This document shows, piece after piece, positions 41,328 to 53,118 of a stretch of DNA of 64,000 bases. The DNA lies in assembly GCA_964188305.1 (NCBI GenBank), contig OZ076889.1; one strand, 5' to 3'. Source of the stretch: Podarcis bocagei (lineage: Eukaryota). Below the pieces are notes generated by a model. That model did not search any database. It was not told the DNA's origin and was given only the letters and a program-made list of their open reading frames with translations. The number at the start of each line of letters is the position of its first letter. The first letter of the stretch is position 1. Both the position numbers and the translations under genes were made by a program.

Positions 41328-41555
41328 CAGTCATACCTCGGGATAAATACACTTCAGGATAAGTACTTCCGGGCGCGTTACTTCCGGGTTTCGCCGCTCG
41401 CACATACGCAGACGGTGAAAATGACGTCACGCACATGCGCAGAAGCGGCGAAACGTGACCCGGGCATGCGCAGACATGCAGTTGTGTCTTACGTTCTGTT
41501 CAGGATACGAACGGGGCTCCGGAACGGATCCCATTCGCATCCCGGGGTACCACTG
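41328..41555. mobile_element. CpG-rich Tc1/mariner-type MITE (related TIRs, different interior)
   Basis: TA|CAGTCATACCTCGGGAT...ATCCCGGGGTACCACTG|TA. Confidence 0.85.
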
Positions 41556-42907
41556 TAGTTCATCGTCTGCCAGAGGAAGTTGCCCACCGTATACTGTAAC
41601 TGACCTGGTGCTCCAGAAGCCACAATAAGAAGTATATAAATATGACTAATGTAGTCAGTATATTAAAAACTGAAGGGGAATAACTTTGTTTGCCCCTTAT
41701 GGCTTTGAGTGGGATGAGTGAACTAATAATGCCAAGGGGAAATTCACTGTGCCCCAAGCTTCCACTCTGAAGAATCCCCCAATGGTAGCTTTGCTACAAA
41801 ATAGTGCAAGTTGCGGAGGAAGTTGCCTGCCTGCCACAGAACAGCTGTATATAGCAAAGGATTCTGGGAAATATTCTACAGCGCATACTCAGTTCAGTCA
41901 TAGCAATGCCCAAGCCTGTTGAGCCTCACATTCACTCTGTACAAAGTGAAAGTACACCCTAGCACACACAAGCTTCTGTGGCTGCACATTGCAGAAGATA
42001 GGAAGTTAAAGAGATAAAGGTGCCTTTCAGAGACATTTGTTTGCCGTGGTTAAACTTCTCATTGAGGAATATTGCACAAGTGTCTTCATAAAATTTTATT
42101 TATAAAGTTAACAACAGATATATCATTTGGAAATTGACATTGAATTTACATTGCTTCAGTATTGCTTCAGTAATTTGTTAAGTAATTTGTGTTATAAATT
42201 TAAACCATCTTTATGGTCATTGCGCTTTTTTCAAGGGATTATATCTGAGCACTCAAAGCAACCTCACAAAAACAACTACAATTCCCACACTTCTCCAGGG
42301 GAAAATCCATGGCAGTTAAACCAATTTCATACTGGTTTGGGTCTATAGTGTAGACATTCCCTTAATCATCCTTAAAATAAGAATGTGAGAGAAGTTGTCA
42401 CTATTTCCATTTTGCAGATATAGAGACACAGACTGAGAGACAGGTTACTGAACCGAATGATAAATTCTGTTTTGACTACAATCTCCCATTTTCAAGCCAT
42501 TGCAGAAGACTCTCAACATTTGGCTCCAGGTTTATGGGGCTAATGACAACATAGCTGTCTCTTGAGGGTCAGAATCCAAGAAACACCAATGCATTCTAAC
42601 ATTTTCTTGATTTTCCCAACTCCTTTTCTTCTAAACGTGTGTGGACATATCTGTCTTTAACTGGTTTAATACATGTTGCCTCTCTCCAGAAAACACCACA
42701 AATTGCAATTCCCAGGATTATTTGATGGTGGCAGCAGCAGGGATGGGGACGAGGAAGGAGTATAGACAGCTAAACTGGGGCAAAACCAAAATAAGTTTGT
42801 GACACAGGTACGTCTTATGGCAGCAGCTGTGGATCACAACAAACGGAAGGTTCATAATATGCACTGTAGGGTGCTTGCCAACTATTCCCAACTATGTGAC
42901 TCTAGTA

Positions 42908-43030
42908 CAGCGTTCCTCAATATGGTGTCCTCCAGGTGGTTTGGACTAAAACTCCTTTCAACTCCAGCCAGCCTAAGCAATGGTCAAGGACGATGAGAGC
43001 TGTAGTCTATAAAAATATATGGGTCAAACC
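42908..43030. mobile_element. Degenerate palindromic MITE
   Basis: Internal inverted arms GGACTAAAACTCC / GAGAGCTGTAGTC. Confidence 0.5.
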
Positions 43031-44014
43031 ATCACAAGACGGGCTGAAATTTTGGGAGGTTGGAAAGTTACAATGGAATTGTCTTGTGGGCAGAGTGCTC
43101 ATTTTTATTTATTTATTATTATTACTTTGTCAAAATAAAAAAAATAAAATTATCTTTCTATCTGGAGGGCACCAAGTGGGAGGAAGAATGCTCTACAGGA
43201 TAGCCTATCCAAATATTGTTCATATTAAAATAAAAAACATTTTCCACATATTATCTTTTCCTTTTCAAATTCTCTGGCTCACCTTATTTTTAACAGAAGC
43301 AGAAAATGAGGACATAAAAACCACATATTCCACAGCCTGATAATTCTTTTGCTTATTCGTGCTTCTCCCCCTCCATCGTTCTGGGTTCTTCATCATAAAT
43401 TTTCTTTCTCAAACTTGGTAAGAGAGAGTTTGTGTAGACATTTTTACTACAAGCTTGCTGCTGAGCTCAACAATTCTATCCTGTCCTGCTATTTTGTCAC
43501 TTTTTGTAAGTATAAATTCTTCTTTTAATACTTTGTAGCTGTTGATTTTTATAAATATATATATATAAACCCAAGCTGATTGACAGGCATGCTTTTGGTT
43601 TCCACGCCACTCTCCCCAAAGGAACAGCTGGGATGCCAGTGAGGGAGGAGGCTATGCCAAGGAACACAGGGAGGGGACAGACACTCTGCGTCTGTCCGAG
43701 ATGGGAAGAGCTGGGAGGGAAGCATCAGAGGCAGAATCCAAACCATTCCAGGCTGTTTGGGAGGCAAGGCACCAGGAGCCATGCTGAGCTCTGCTGATCT
43801 TGACTAGGCCACCCAGGAGAGAAACCACATGTACAACCAGAATGTAGAGGAAGGGTGGGGAACACATTCAGGCCAAACTTTGAAGCCACAGGCGAAGATG
43901 GATCCCAAAAATTAGAGGAGTCCTTCATCAGATGGTCTTTAAGTACAAAGCTTCTTTTTAAACAAGTGCCAGGAGATGGTTTTGTGCCATGTGATGGCCG
44001 GGACAGAAATATGC

Positions 44015-44017
44015 AGA

Positions 44018-44058
<41 letters not shown>
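44015..44058. repeat. (GA)n microsatellite
   Basis: Direct reading. Confidence 0.95.
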
Positions 44059-44061
<3 letters not shown>

Positions 44062-46774
44062 CTCTCAACAACCTTGTTCTTGTCATTGCCCAGGATGAGT
44101 GATAGTAGGAAGTGGACATTGGGAGCCTTATTTATTTATTAACAACGTTCGGAGCTGAAATGACAGTACATCTGCAAGTGTTGTGAAGAAGGGAAGAGAG
44201 GGAGATATTCCTTGTAATTAGGGTTAATTTGGAACAGGACAATCTGAAGCTTCAAAGGGGAATGAGGAAGCCTCAAATTCCAACACCCTAATTAACCAGG
44301 GAGCAACATGAAAAGACAAGGCAAAATGAGAGAAGCTGCCAAGTATGCTTTACATGGGGCACTCTCTTGTCTGATGGGGAGGGCGTTAAACTTAGGTACT
44401 GTCACTCTATGTGCCACAGCCTCCCCCCCCCAGCTGCTCCTGCTTAACCCCCCTCCCCTCCACTGAGAGAGCAGCATTGTTTGATACAAAGTTGGGGGAG
44501 GGGATTCTGGGCTACAGCGAGGTAGCAACAGTGAGCATGTTAATGAGGAGCCCTATGCAAATTCTTTTTTACTCCAATTAACAAAGGAAGCCCTCTCCTT
44601 TTTCATGCAAAGGGTCCCTCTCCCTCCTGATCAAACTCCCAATTGTACTGCTGCTTTGGCTTTGAGTATTAGATTGGATTATCCCTCATTCCACCCCACA
44701 TGCATTGAACACGTACACCTCAGATATGCTATATTTCACTCTCACAGCCTCCCCAGGAACATTCAAATATCTTCAGAACAGCAGGGATGAAAACATTGGA
44801 CCACATCCTTGTGAACATTAGGGTCTTCTTGTACTCAAGATTCCCAGGTTTCTTTAAGGAGAGGCTGCAAGCTCCATCCCATCAGTTGGCCCTTGCACTG
44901 TGTGGGGTCCGACAGACTTACACTGCCCCATCTTGCTAGACAAGCCAACTGTGTAGGACACTCCTCCCCTAGCAGGGCCTCTTTGGCTCAGAGGATGCCT
45001 CACAGCATGCTCCCAGAAACACTCCCTGTCTCCCCACAGCAGCAGAGCTGGGTACCAACAAGGGCAGCCGAAAAAGCAGAATTGGTTGGGAGCCAAGTGG
45101 AGAGATGCCCAGTAACCCAGAGCTGGCTGATCTAGGAACATCTCCACAGCACGTCCGGCAGGACTTGTGTCTAAAGGGCCTAGCCAATTTGCTTTTGCAA
45201 AGAGAGTCTGGGTTGCAAGCCTAGTGCAAGAGCATGCCTGGAAGTACCAGTGCCAACAGGGCACTAGAGCAGAGCTTCATTGCAAGGTTATTCTGTGGAA
45301 GACTTTATTTCCTGCCACCCTTTCTCATTCCTCAGAAGCCACTCCAAGCCACACCCTGGGCTTCACTATGACATCCTAGTCTAGTAGATTCCGGAGTGCC
45401 ACTTCAGCCTGGCTACATGGTCAACTCCCCTAGGGCAAGGGTCATCTCTTAACCCAGCTGAGAAATGGGTAGCTATGTAACGGAGGAGCAGGGGAGATCA
45501 ATTACCTGGTGTTGACAAAAGCAACTTATCTCAGTCCTGGGTTGCACATGCTGACACCGTCTCTCCCTTTTCTCTCCCCCTAGGTTCAGCAGAGCCGCTT
45601 CCCAGGCAGTGGAACAGGCCTTCAGAATTATCCCCATAATTACAGGCTCTTGGATAAATTGCTGGGCTGGGCACCTCCTCCCTCCCAGCTGGGCCACCCA
45701 AATGCAGCCCCCTGCTCTGTTTCCACACCAGCTGGGAGGCCCAAGAGAGCTTCAATTAAAAGAGACAGGATAGGGCTCTCCTCTTAAGGGCCCACCTGGC
45801 TTGAGAAAATGTGCGGACAATAAACTCCCCCCCCCAAAGAAAACTCCAACCCTCTTCTAGGGTAAAACCTCCTCTCAACCAATTTAGCACTACCATACTG
45901 GAGTAATCTGTTATTAAAGCTTCATAGTTATTATTATGGATATTTATGGTAGAAGGCAGAGATCCAGCCCCAAACACAAAAAAGTAAGAGATAATTTCTT
46001 GCCTCAAAGAACTGAAATTTTGGTCTGACTGGGCAAGAGGAAAGTCAGGCCCATAGAAGGAAAGGGACTGGAATTTCTCCAGCCCCACAGCAGGGGCTAA
46101 GAAGGGAACAAAACCCTTATGCCCATAGCACCTGTGGGAAAACATCACCCCATAGACTGAACAGAAAGAGTAGGGGTGGCAAGTGAGAAGCAGACAAAGC
46201 TCTTGAGAGAATCCCTTCTCAGAGCCTTCCCAGACATTAAAAAGCCCAGCTTTTATTCAAAGCAGGATGCAATAACACAATATCCTGTCTCCAAAGCAAT
46301 TCATAGTAGTTTTGCTGTGGACATAGTTTTGTTGAAGGAGGTGACTCACCCACCACTTAGTAATAAATACATAAAGGCATCCTAAAGAGGGTGTTGCTGC
46401 AAAGGGAGCGTTCCTTGCTAACATGCTGGAGTAGTTAAAAGGGGGGGGGGCAGGGCCCAAGCATGTGGGCAGAAGTGGGCAGAAGTGGGACAGTGACTTT
46501 CCCCCTGGTAAAAACAGCAGCCGGGAGGTCAAGGCCACAGCAGGGACAAAGGGTAAAAGGTCCTACCTTCACATTGCTACCCCGAACAGGACACCCCACC
46601 CACAGGTAAAGAAAAGCACACACAAAAGCCACTTATATAGTTAACACAATGTCTTCGTTTGTGTCAAAGAGATATACACCCTTTTACATAAGATGCTCTC
46701 TCAAGAGCCACAACTTCCAGAGTTCCTATGTTCCTGCTGACATTTCCTGTGCACACTCAAGAGAATCCAACACT

Positions 46775-47510
46775 GTTGTTGTTGTTTTAAAAATTATTTA
46801 TAGTTTTCAGTTATTCATCTACTTTAATTGTATACTCTTATGAAATTGCAGGCTATTACAATAATCCTGCCAATGTCCTTATCTGTTTACAATTTGTTTA
46901 TAAATATTTAATAAACCATTTCCATTCTTTTATAAAAAGTTTGTTATCTTGATTTCTTATTTTTTCCAGTAAGTTTTGCCATGTCTGCAAAGTCCATAAG
47001 TTTTGGTATCCATTCTTCTTTCATCAAGACTTCTTATTCTTTCCATTTTTGGTCAAATAACATTTTTGCTGCTGTAGTCGCATACATTAATAAATTTCTA
47101 TACTGTTTAGGTAGCTCTATCCCAAACTAAGGCCCCCGGGCTGGATCCAGCCCAATCGCCTTCTAAATCCGGCCCGTGGGCGGTCCGGGAATCAGAGTGT
47201 TTTTACATGAGCAGAATGTATCCTTTTATTTAAAGCCTTTCTGGGTTATTTGTGGGGCATAGGAATTCATTCGTTTCTCCCCTCCAGAATATAGTCCGGC
47301 CCACCACATGGTCTGAGGGATGGTGGACCAGCCCATGGCTGAAAAAGGTTGCTGATCCCTGCTCTATCCCTACAATTCCCAGAATAAAAGCTTCTAGTTT
47401 TTTGTTTTGTTTTTTTGAATGTTATTTTAAGCATCTTTTTCAATTCATTATATATCATTTCCCAATAAGCTTTAACCTTAACTGCAAGACCACCACATAC
47501 GATGGTCTTT
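46775..47510 (-). mobile_element. L1-like LINE ORF2 C-terminal fragment (degenerate), interrupted by a hAT MITE
   Basis: The - strand encodes HRMWWSC..VKAYWEMIYNELKKMLK...EAFILGIVG...LLMYATTAAKMLFDQKWKE*...EEWIPKLMDFADMAKLTGK...EWKWFIKYL with stops and frameshifts; A-rich tail. Confidence 0.75.
47123..47361. mobile_element. hAT(Charlie)-type MITE nested in the L1 fragment
   Basis: 8-bp TSD CTCTATCC at 47115-47122 and 47362-47369; right TIR AAAGGTTGCTGATCCCTG; left TIR truncated; internal GGCCC/CCGGCCC repeats. Confidence 0.8.
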
Positions 47511-47749
47511 AAACATAAAATCCCAATAGACAAGAATCCAGCACTTTTGGCATCTGACTGCCAGAAGGAGGGATGAACAAGCACTGTACCAACCAGGGAC
47601 AGCAAGACAAGAGTGCTGCTTGATAGGATTTGCAGGTCTCAGAACATACGTCAGCAAACATATTAGGCCTCTAGCCTTCACAATGTGTAGAACTTACAGT
47701 AGGTCCATGACAAGGGAACACAGTGCCTATACAGCATTTAGTATGAGAT

Positions 47750-47778
47750 ACACCCACCCACCCACCCACCCACACCCA
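47750..47778. repeat. (CCCA)n microsatellite
   Basis: Direct reading. Confidence 0.85.
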
Positions 47779-50700
47779 TATTGCCACATCTGGCTATAAA
47801 TACAAATCAGGCAGCCACTAATAGAAAGAGCCTCCTTAGTTCCCATTATTTATGCTAACATATTCCAATCAAGCCTCTAATTTTTCAAAATAGACAAAGC
47901 CTTTTGTGGGGGGTTGGGAGAAGAGGGAGGGAGCAGCAGAGAGGAAAGAAAACTCGTGTTACAAATTTGTACCAGACCCCGAGAAGTGACACACAGATAC
48001 TTGGTGGGGGCAGCCATTACAAGCACTATCCAATAGGTGTCTGTAACTCTCATGCCATGTTGTTCCATCCAGTATTCACAACAGAAGGGGGGGGGTCAAA
48101 TATCATTTACTCAGCTAATACTGCAGCTTGAGCACTGGAAAAATGCAATATGCATGAAACAGAAATGCTTCCTTGAGGAAAGCTGTCTGTTTCCCATATA
48201 TAACAAATGAGTAACAGCAGTCTCCACAAATCCCATGTTTTCCAAGGAAGGGAAATTCCAACATTTGCCTCCCCTTCTCTCTTTATTTGTGGGAGTGGGG
48301 AATTCTCCAGAGTGAAAGGTGTGCAGAGGAACAGAAATTCAACCTTGAGTTAAAAAAGCATTTGTAACTGTTTCGAGGTTGAGGAAAATATACATGGTCA
48401 CTTTCATCACAAGGGTTTTTTGTACACATGGGCAGGAAACTTACAGCAAGCCCACATAGGGCTGCTGTACTTCCTGGTCTGATTCACATGGGCTTCCAGA
48501 GAAGCCCTTGCTGGAGTACAGAACTGGGCAGTTTGAATGTTACTGGAGCTCTCTAGGGAAAACAATTGCCTTGATTCCATAGTAGGGCAACCCTATAATT
48601 TGCCCTGGATCGGGTGTAAGTATTAATAGCAAATATTGGGCCAGACTGAAAAATGAAAGCACCTGGCATTAGACTCATGAGACCCTCCAGGGATGCAGTG
48701 ACTACAAGGCATTAAGAAACCTTTGTGTAATTAATCAACTGGACAAGAAGACCCTTCTCCATGCATAAAACTGGCATCTACCTTCAGTCTGCCCTCTCCA
48801 TTCAGTCTAGGCATTGTCACTACAAATAACAATGGAACACAGAGTTTGTCTTTACTCCTTGTATTAACACACATAATGTTCCTTTGCACCTAACAGGAGA
48901 TATCAGAGGTCATCAAAGGAGAAGGGACAAACAACCCAAGAGCATGCCAAAAGATCATCCGGATAAAGTGAGAGGATAGAAACTTGCCTCAGGAAGATTG
49001 TTAGGATCCTTAAGGCTTATCCAAATGATTAAAAAAAATCTCAGACATAGCCCTTTAGTACTATATTCACAGAAGTCATATCCAGCAACAGTTGTACAAT
49101 ATCCTGCTCAAACCTGTGACACCTGTGCAGCCACATAACATATTAACACTTCAAGTTGCACTGGCCCTTCAAGCTAAGGAGATTTTCTCATTGAAACTAC
49201 ATTGTAGTTTGTGTTGGGAAAATAAAATAACCCTGAAACAAAAGCACTTCCTTGATGGAAAACAACAACATCCTGAAGTACACGAGCAACAATTTTACAT
49301 TTACTGCTGAAAAAGATTCTGGATTTGATTCATGAGACACAGATGATATAGAGTAAAATCCTAAATTCTAGCTACTTGCAGAAATCAGAAACTGGAGGAG
49401 GAGAGGTTTCAGTACCTAAAAATGTGAACTAGGTGGTTTCTGTACAGAAACTAAGGTACAACAAATCAATTTCACACAAGCACTGAATTGACAACCGTGT
49501 TATTTACCTTGCATCCTTCTAACAGGAATTCTGAGTGAAAAGCATTTTCTTCTCCCAATTATGAAGGCAGCAGTACTGCGCAAAGAGACTTAATATTTTT
49601 ACTGAAAGCCACTTTAAGATACATAAAGAAAATAAGGGTATAAATTCCTTAAATAAATAATAAAGTCCGACATTGCCTGCAAGCAAGAGCAACAGATTAC
49701 TTTTTAAATTTTCAACATTTAATGCATGAAAACAGGGATACTAGTTTTACATTGAGGCGGACCTGTTGTGACTTCAGGGGGTGGAAAGCTAGACATCAGC
49801 TGGGGCTCCACAGCAAAGACCCCACCAGCCCAAAAGTGTCTTGCCTAAGAGCCCCACAGATCTTGAGAGATGGATGCTTAATGGTTTAAATAATTTCTAT
49901 ACTGTTTAGGTAGCACCTGCTTAATATCAATTGGAAAATGGAGGCTAAAACATGGATAAATATATGCCGTAGATGCCTCTTGACCATGCGTCCTCAGTAT
50001 ATTGTCCTTCGTCCTGCCCTTACCCACTATCACTGCTGGAGATACAGAAGGATCTCATTTCAGTTGGGCAGCTGAAGCCCCAGAATTTTAAGTGACTCAC
50101 CCATGATCAGAAACCAAGAGACTAAATACAGTAGAGGACTTTTGAGATTTGAACTGCTCGTGTTAATTTAGCACACATCATCGTTTTATACTGAGAAAAT
50201 TGACATTGTCGTAAGATATCTGAGCATGACCCCATCGTGCTTCACTCAGCCACCTGAAGACGAAGGGCTCTGTCACCCACTGTGGCACCATTCCGTGTAC
50301 TGTTTAGTATCCATATATGTTCAGTTCCTTATTTCCAAGGAGCGGGAGTCACTTTTTGTACAAGATCACTTTTTGTACAAAACTTGCGCATACCAACTTA
50401 CTTTTTAAAAAATAAAATTCTATACTTATTGTAAAAAACAATCCGCAGTTTTTAGATTGACTTGCCTAAGATCCAGGACAAAGCACCATCTAGTTCGGCA
50501 TCTTGTTCTCATAGTGGCCAAGCAATCATTTGATTATCTACAGCTGAATGTGCAAAACTGCCTCACTATAATAGTGCTTCCACATTCAAGGGAAAGTATT
50601 CATGATCTGTTTGATTTCATTACTTGAATGAGTCTTAGTTGTGACTAGCTTTTGCTGATTGTACCCACCATTCCTGAATTGAGGTGAGAAGGCTCAGAAG

Positions 50701-51089
50701 CCCTGCCTGTGATGTCCGATCTGTAATGGTGGTTTCTGTCATTATCAACTTCTATTTGAACTTATAATTAACAGTCTTCCCTTTCTGAAAAATAATATGG
50801 AAGAAGCACCCTCTTATGGGGGACATGTTAACACTGCACGGTAAGCTGATCACTGTATTTGAAATATCTCATAACCTCCATTTAAAATGCAAATCACAGA
50901 CATTTAGGATAGGTAGAAGCTATGATGTTGGACATAGAAGTACCATGTGCAGCAGTGATTCTTGGTTGACACTTTTAAATTGTTACTGTACCAGTGATGT
51001 TTCTGGTATTTTCATGGGATGGTGTGGCAGCAGCATTTGTATGCTAGAATTTTTTATTGTTATTGGTATGTTTTATATTTTATATCATT

Positions 51090-51268
51090 ATAATAATTAA
51101 TAATAATAATTTTGTTATGGGTTCCCCCAGCCACTCTGGGTGGCTTACAACTTATCTAAAAACATCAGTCCTTAAAACTTTCCCTAAACAGGGCTACCTT
51201 CAGAGGTCTTCTAAAGTCAAGATTGACATCTGAAGGGAGGGTGTTACTACCGAGAAGGCCCTCTGCTT
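51090..51268 (-). mobile_element. L2-like LINE 3' fragment
   Basis: (TAA)n tail, CCAGCCACTCTGGGTGGCTTACAA, ACTACCGAGAAGGCCCTCTGC. Confidence 0.55.
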
Positions 51269-52935
51269 GTTTCATATTGCTTGTAAGCTGCTTTGAGACT
51301 GTTTGTCACCTTAGGCAACAAAGTAAATAATTAAAATAATAAATAACAAAGCAAATGAAAACAAAAAAGTTGCCATGGATAAAAATATGGGGCTTGTTGA
51401 CTAGAAGAGAAAGGTTATTCAGATCCACAATGGATCTCATCTCTTTTAAAAAGCAAACTAGACTGAATGTGACAAAACAAGCTAGTGGGTGTATAAAAGA
51501 AAAGCAGGAGTAATCAACTCCTGGAGACCATGTGCTAGTGGTCAGGGGTAGGCTTCTAACTATAGCAGCCAAAGCAACAATATTAATCCTAGTCCAAGGT
51601 TGTCCTGCATTAGATGGAGCTTAGAGTGCAACTGAACAGCATCTGAACTGTTGTCTCTTAGGAACAATCCAGTTTTTTAAACATAGGAAAGTGTGTCTTT
51701 GTAATGTCAAGAGGGTCAGACATGAATATGGGACCCATGAACTCCAGATAAAAGCATGGAAGCATTTTCAAGACATAGGTCTCTCTCACACATCTGTCTC
51801 TTCCAATATTCAAAGGATGCAGTTCCCCACAATTATTTGCTGGAGGGGAAATATAATGCTCTTAATGTATCAGTAAAGAACACGTTCCTGGCATCTGCTG
51901 AGATCCCATCCAATAGAAAACACATGCCTGTGGGCACCTCTATATAAGCCATGGTAACATCCCGGAAATCATATATCTTCCCAGTGTGCTTATTTAATAA
52001 GCAGACTACATATTTTCTCATTCCTTTTATCATGTGCAAACATGTGCACCCAATACTGCAGTGTACCTGCCACTTGTATTTCTGTAGGTAGTACAAGACT
52101 GGCTTACTTGATTTTATTTCCCCATTTCCAAAGCATTCACTGAATTTTGAAACATGTTCATCTTTTGAGAGATAATGACTATTGCAAGATACAAGTTTTA
52201 CAATGCATTGTTTTCTCAATTATAAGGATATTTTCATAAATTCCAAAGGGATAGCCATGCTAGTCTGATACCGCAAACCTCCCCACAAAAAATAACTTGT
52301 GACACCTTAAAAACAGATTTATTATGGCTTATGTGAAAAGAAAACGGTCTATAAGGTGCCACAAAATTCTGTATATTTCGACATCAACCCTTCAGAACAT
52401 TTTTGGTCACCTGTCTTCTAGTCCAATGGATGAAAGTCATCTGGGGTAAAGAAGTATGATATTGATATATGTCCTTATGGGGTTCAACTTGACCTCCTAT
52501 TATGGCTGTTTTGAGGGACCATAACCAAATGTTCCTTGACACCTTTTATAGCTCCATCTTTTCAAAATGATAACGACAATGCCCCACCCCAGGATCCAGC
52601 TGGGATTCTTCTGCTTACAGCAGTTTGCCAGAGAAGAGGCTTCAGTTATCAGATACCAACAGCTGGGTGGACTCTCTGGGGCTGGGAGGAGCATCCTTCA
52701 AAGCCAGCATGCCGAAAATGGATATGGGGAACTCTCTGGATCCTTTTCTGCAACAAACCTACTTGGTGCTAGAACAAGGGCAGAATCTTGGCTTCCAGAA
52801 CAAAAGTTTAAATAAGGATTTAACAGAATGGACACAAGAAAACCAGAAAACCAGAGTAACTTCGGGCTATGCCCTGTACCATCCAAGCTCAATAGAAAAG
52901 GTAGACATGTAGAAAAGAAGCACTAAGGTCTATAC

Positions 52936-53118
52936 CAGCCATGTCCAAAGTCCGTTTCGGGGGCCTAATCAGGCTCGCCGGTCAGTTTAATCCGGCCCCT
53001 GTAGCAATTTACTTCAACAACTTCAATCCTAAAAAAAGGTTAACAACTTTGGTCGGCCCCTCAAAGCCCTTCACTTCATCAAATATGGCCCTCTTTGAAA
53101 AAAGTTTGGACACCACTG
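52936..53118. mobile_element. hAT-type MITE
   Basis: Perfect 8-bp TSD GTCTATAC (52928-52935, 53119-53126); imperfect TIRs CAGCCATGTCCAAAGT / AGTTTGGACACCACTG. Confidence 0.85.
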
